From: Candidatus Omnitrophota bacterium
Lineage (GTDB): Bacteria; Omnitrophota; Gorgyraeia; Zapsychrales; Fredricksoniimonadaceae
NCBI GenBank assembly: GCA_963828495.1
Contig: CAWHFJ010000009.1
Span: 106,338-170,337 of the forward strand
DNA: 64,000 nt
Reading direction: 5' to 3'
The notes under the pieces are model-generated. The model searched no databases, had not been told where the DNA came from, and saw only the letters and a list, made by a program, of their open reading frames with translations. Positions 63,277-64,000 of the stretch are shown one piece after another. Within the stretch, counting starts at the first letter, position 1, and every line of letters begins with the position of its first letter. The position numbers and the translations under genes were made by a program.

Positions 63277-64000
63277 CTATTTACCTGCGATATCCCGGCG
63301 AAAAAACATACGGTCAAAATGAATTTTACCTACCGCATTATACGCTTTGCAACCAGCCACTTCAAGATTTCTACCAAGCCCCGTCACTCCCAGCACCCTG
63401 CCGCCACTGGTGACCAAACGCCCTCCGTCATTTTTAGTGCCGGCATGAAAAACAACGGTGTCTTCATCCTTGATTTCATCCAGTCCGCTGATGGCGCAAC
63501 CGCTTTGATATTGACCGGGATAGCCCCCGGAGGCAACGACCACACATACGCAGGCACGCTCATCCCATTGGACTTTACGCTCATGGAGCATCCCGTCACA
63601 AGCCGCCAAAAAGATATCCACGATATCGCTTTGAAGGCGCGGCAAAATGCATTGAGTTTCCGGATCTCCGAAACGTACGTTAAACTCCAGCGTCTTAGGG
63701 CCCTCCGCTGTCAGCATCAATCCCGCGTAAAGCACGCCTTTAAAGGGATTGCCCTCCTGATACATACCGCGCATGGCCGGTTCAATGATACCGGTAATAA
63801 TCTTGTCCAACACTTCCGCCGTCACCAAGGAGTTAGGAGAAAAGGCCCCCATCCCGCCGGTATTAGGCCCACGATCATCATCAAAAATACGCTTATGGTC
63901 CTGGGCGGTCGGTAAAACCAAAAAATGTTTACCGTCGCAGATAGCCAAAACCGATGCCTCAGGCCCCTGCAGGCATTCTTCAATAATGACCCTGTCCCCT
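63277..64000 (-). CDS. purD: phosphoribosylamine--glycine ligase, C-terminal ~240 codons (gene continues past the right edge)
   Basis: Motifs DHKRIFDDDRGPNTGGMGAFSP and EFNVRFGDPE. The reading frame stays open to position 64000 (..GDRVIIEECLQGPEASVLAICDG). Confidence 0.92.
   Translation of the reverse strand, partial: GDRVIIEECLQGPEASVLAICDGKHFLVLPTAQDHKRIFDDDRGPNTGGMGAFSPNSLVTAEVLDKIITGIIEPAMRGMYQEGNPFKGVLYAGLMLTAEGPKTLEFNVRFGDPETQCILPRLQSDIVDIFLAACDGMLHERKVQWDERACVCVVVASGGYPGQYQSGCAISGLDEIKDEDTVVFHAGTKNDGGRLVTSGGRVLGVTGLGRNLEVAGCKAYNAVGKIHFDRMFFRRDIAGK

Noticed and set aside
1-64000. tRNA or rRNA genes, prophage, IS elements or an integrative island anywhere in the window.
   Set aside because: Visual scanning of all intergenic gaps found no tRNA T-arm/acceptor pattern and no rRNA-like sequence. 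No ORF has transposase, integrase, recombinase or phage structural motifs. A tRNAscan/Infernal run would be needed to be certain.

Overview
This is a 64-kb bacterial chromosomal window with about 60 protein genes. All are on the minus strand except one small block at 40145..41074.

Housekeeping content: hrcA-grpE-dnaK-dnaJ and clpB, each preceded by a near-consensus sigma70 promoter plus a CIRCE operator. Also accD, leuS, speH, mnmG, mnmE, folC, purH, purD, rpsU (below the ORF-track size cutoff, found by hand), nth, era, cca, glyA/rpiB, tsaC and an aminotransferase.

Accessory content:
- Dense c-di-GMP signalling: two GGDEF cyclases and three PilZ proteins, one of them a PilZ-PilT fusion.
- Two histidine-kinase systems.
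- A glycan locus with a LacI regulator, a secreted clan GH-A hydrolase, a GH94-like enzyme and secreted repeat-module proteins.
- comEA/comEC next to a UvrD-like helicase and an EndoQ-like PHP protein.
- A kamA plus ATP-grasp pair.

The main structure not explained by genes is in four intergenic loci (5.8, 14.1, 26.7-27.1/46.2-46.5 and 52.5-53.0 kb). They are filled by three families of long palindromic, mosaic, non-coding repeats, called A, D and E here. Their copy-to-copy variation is partly wobble or compensatory.

At least six genes (mnmG, folC, an AsnC-type gene, two secreted proteins and a cvpA-like gene) are interrupted by frame changes. Where a site can be pinned down it is a single nucleotide, mostly at short homopolymers. 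This points to consensus indel errors or to real pseudogenes, so apparent gene fusions need caution.

I found no rRNA, tRNA, CRISPR array, transposase, integrase or phage genes by eye. Taxon cannot be determined from the sequence alone.
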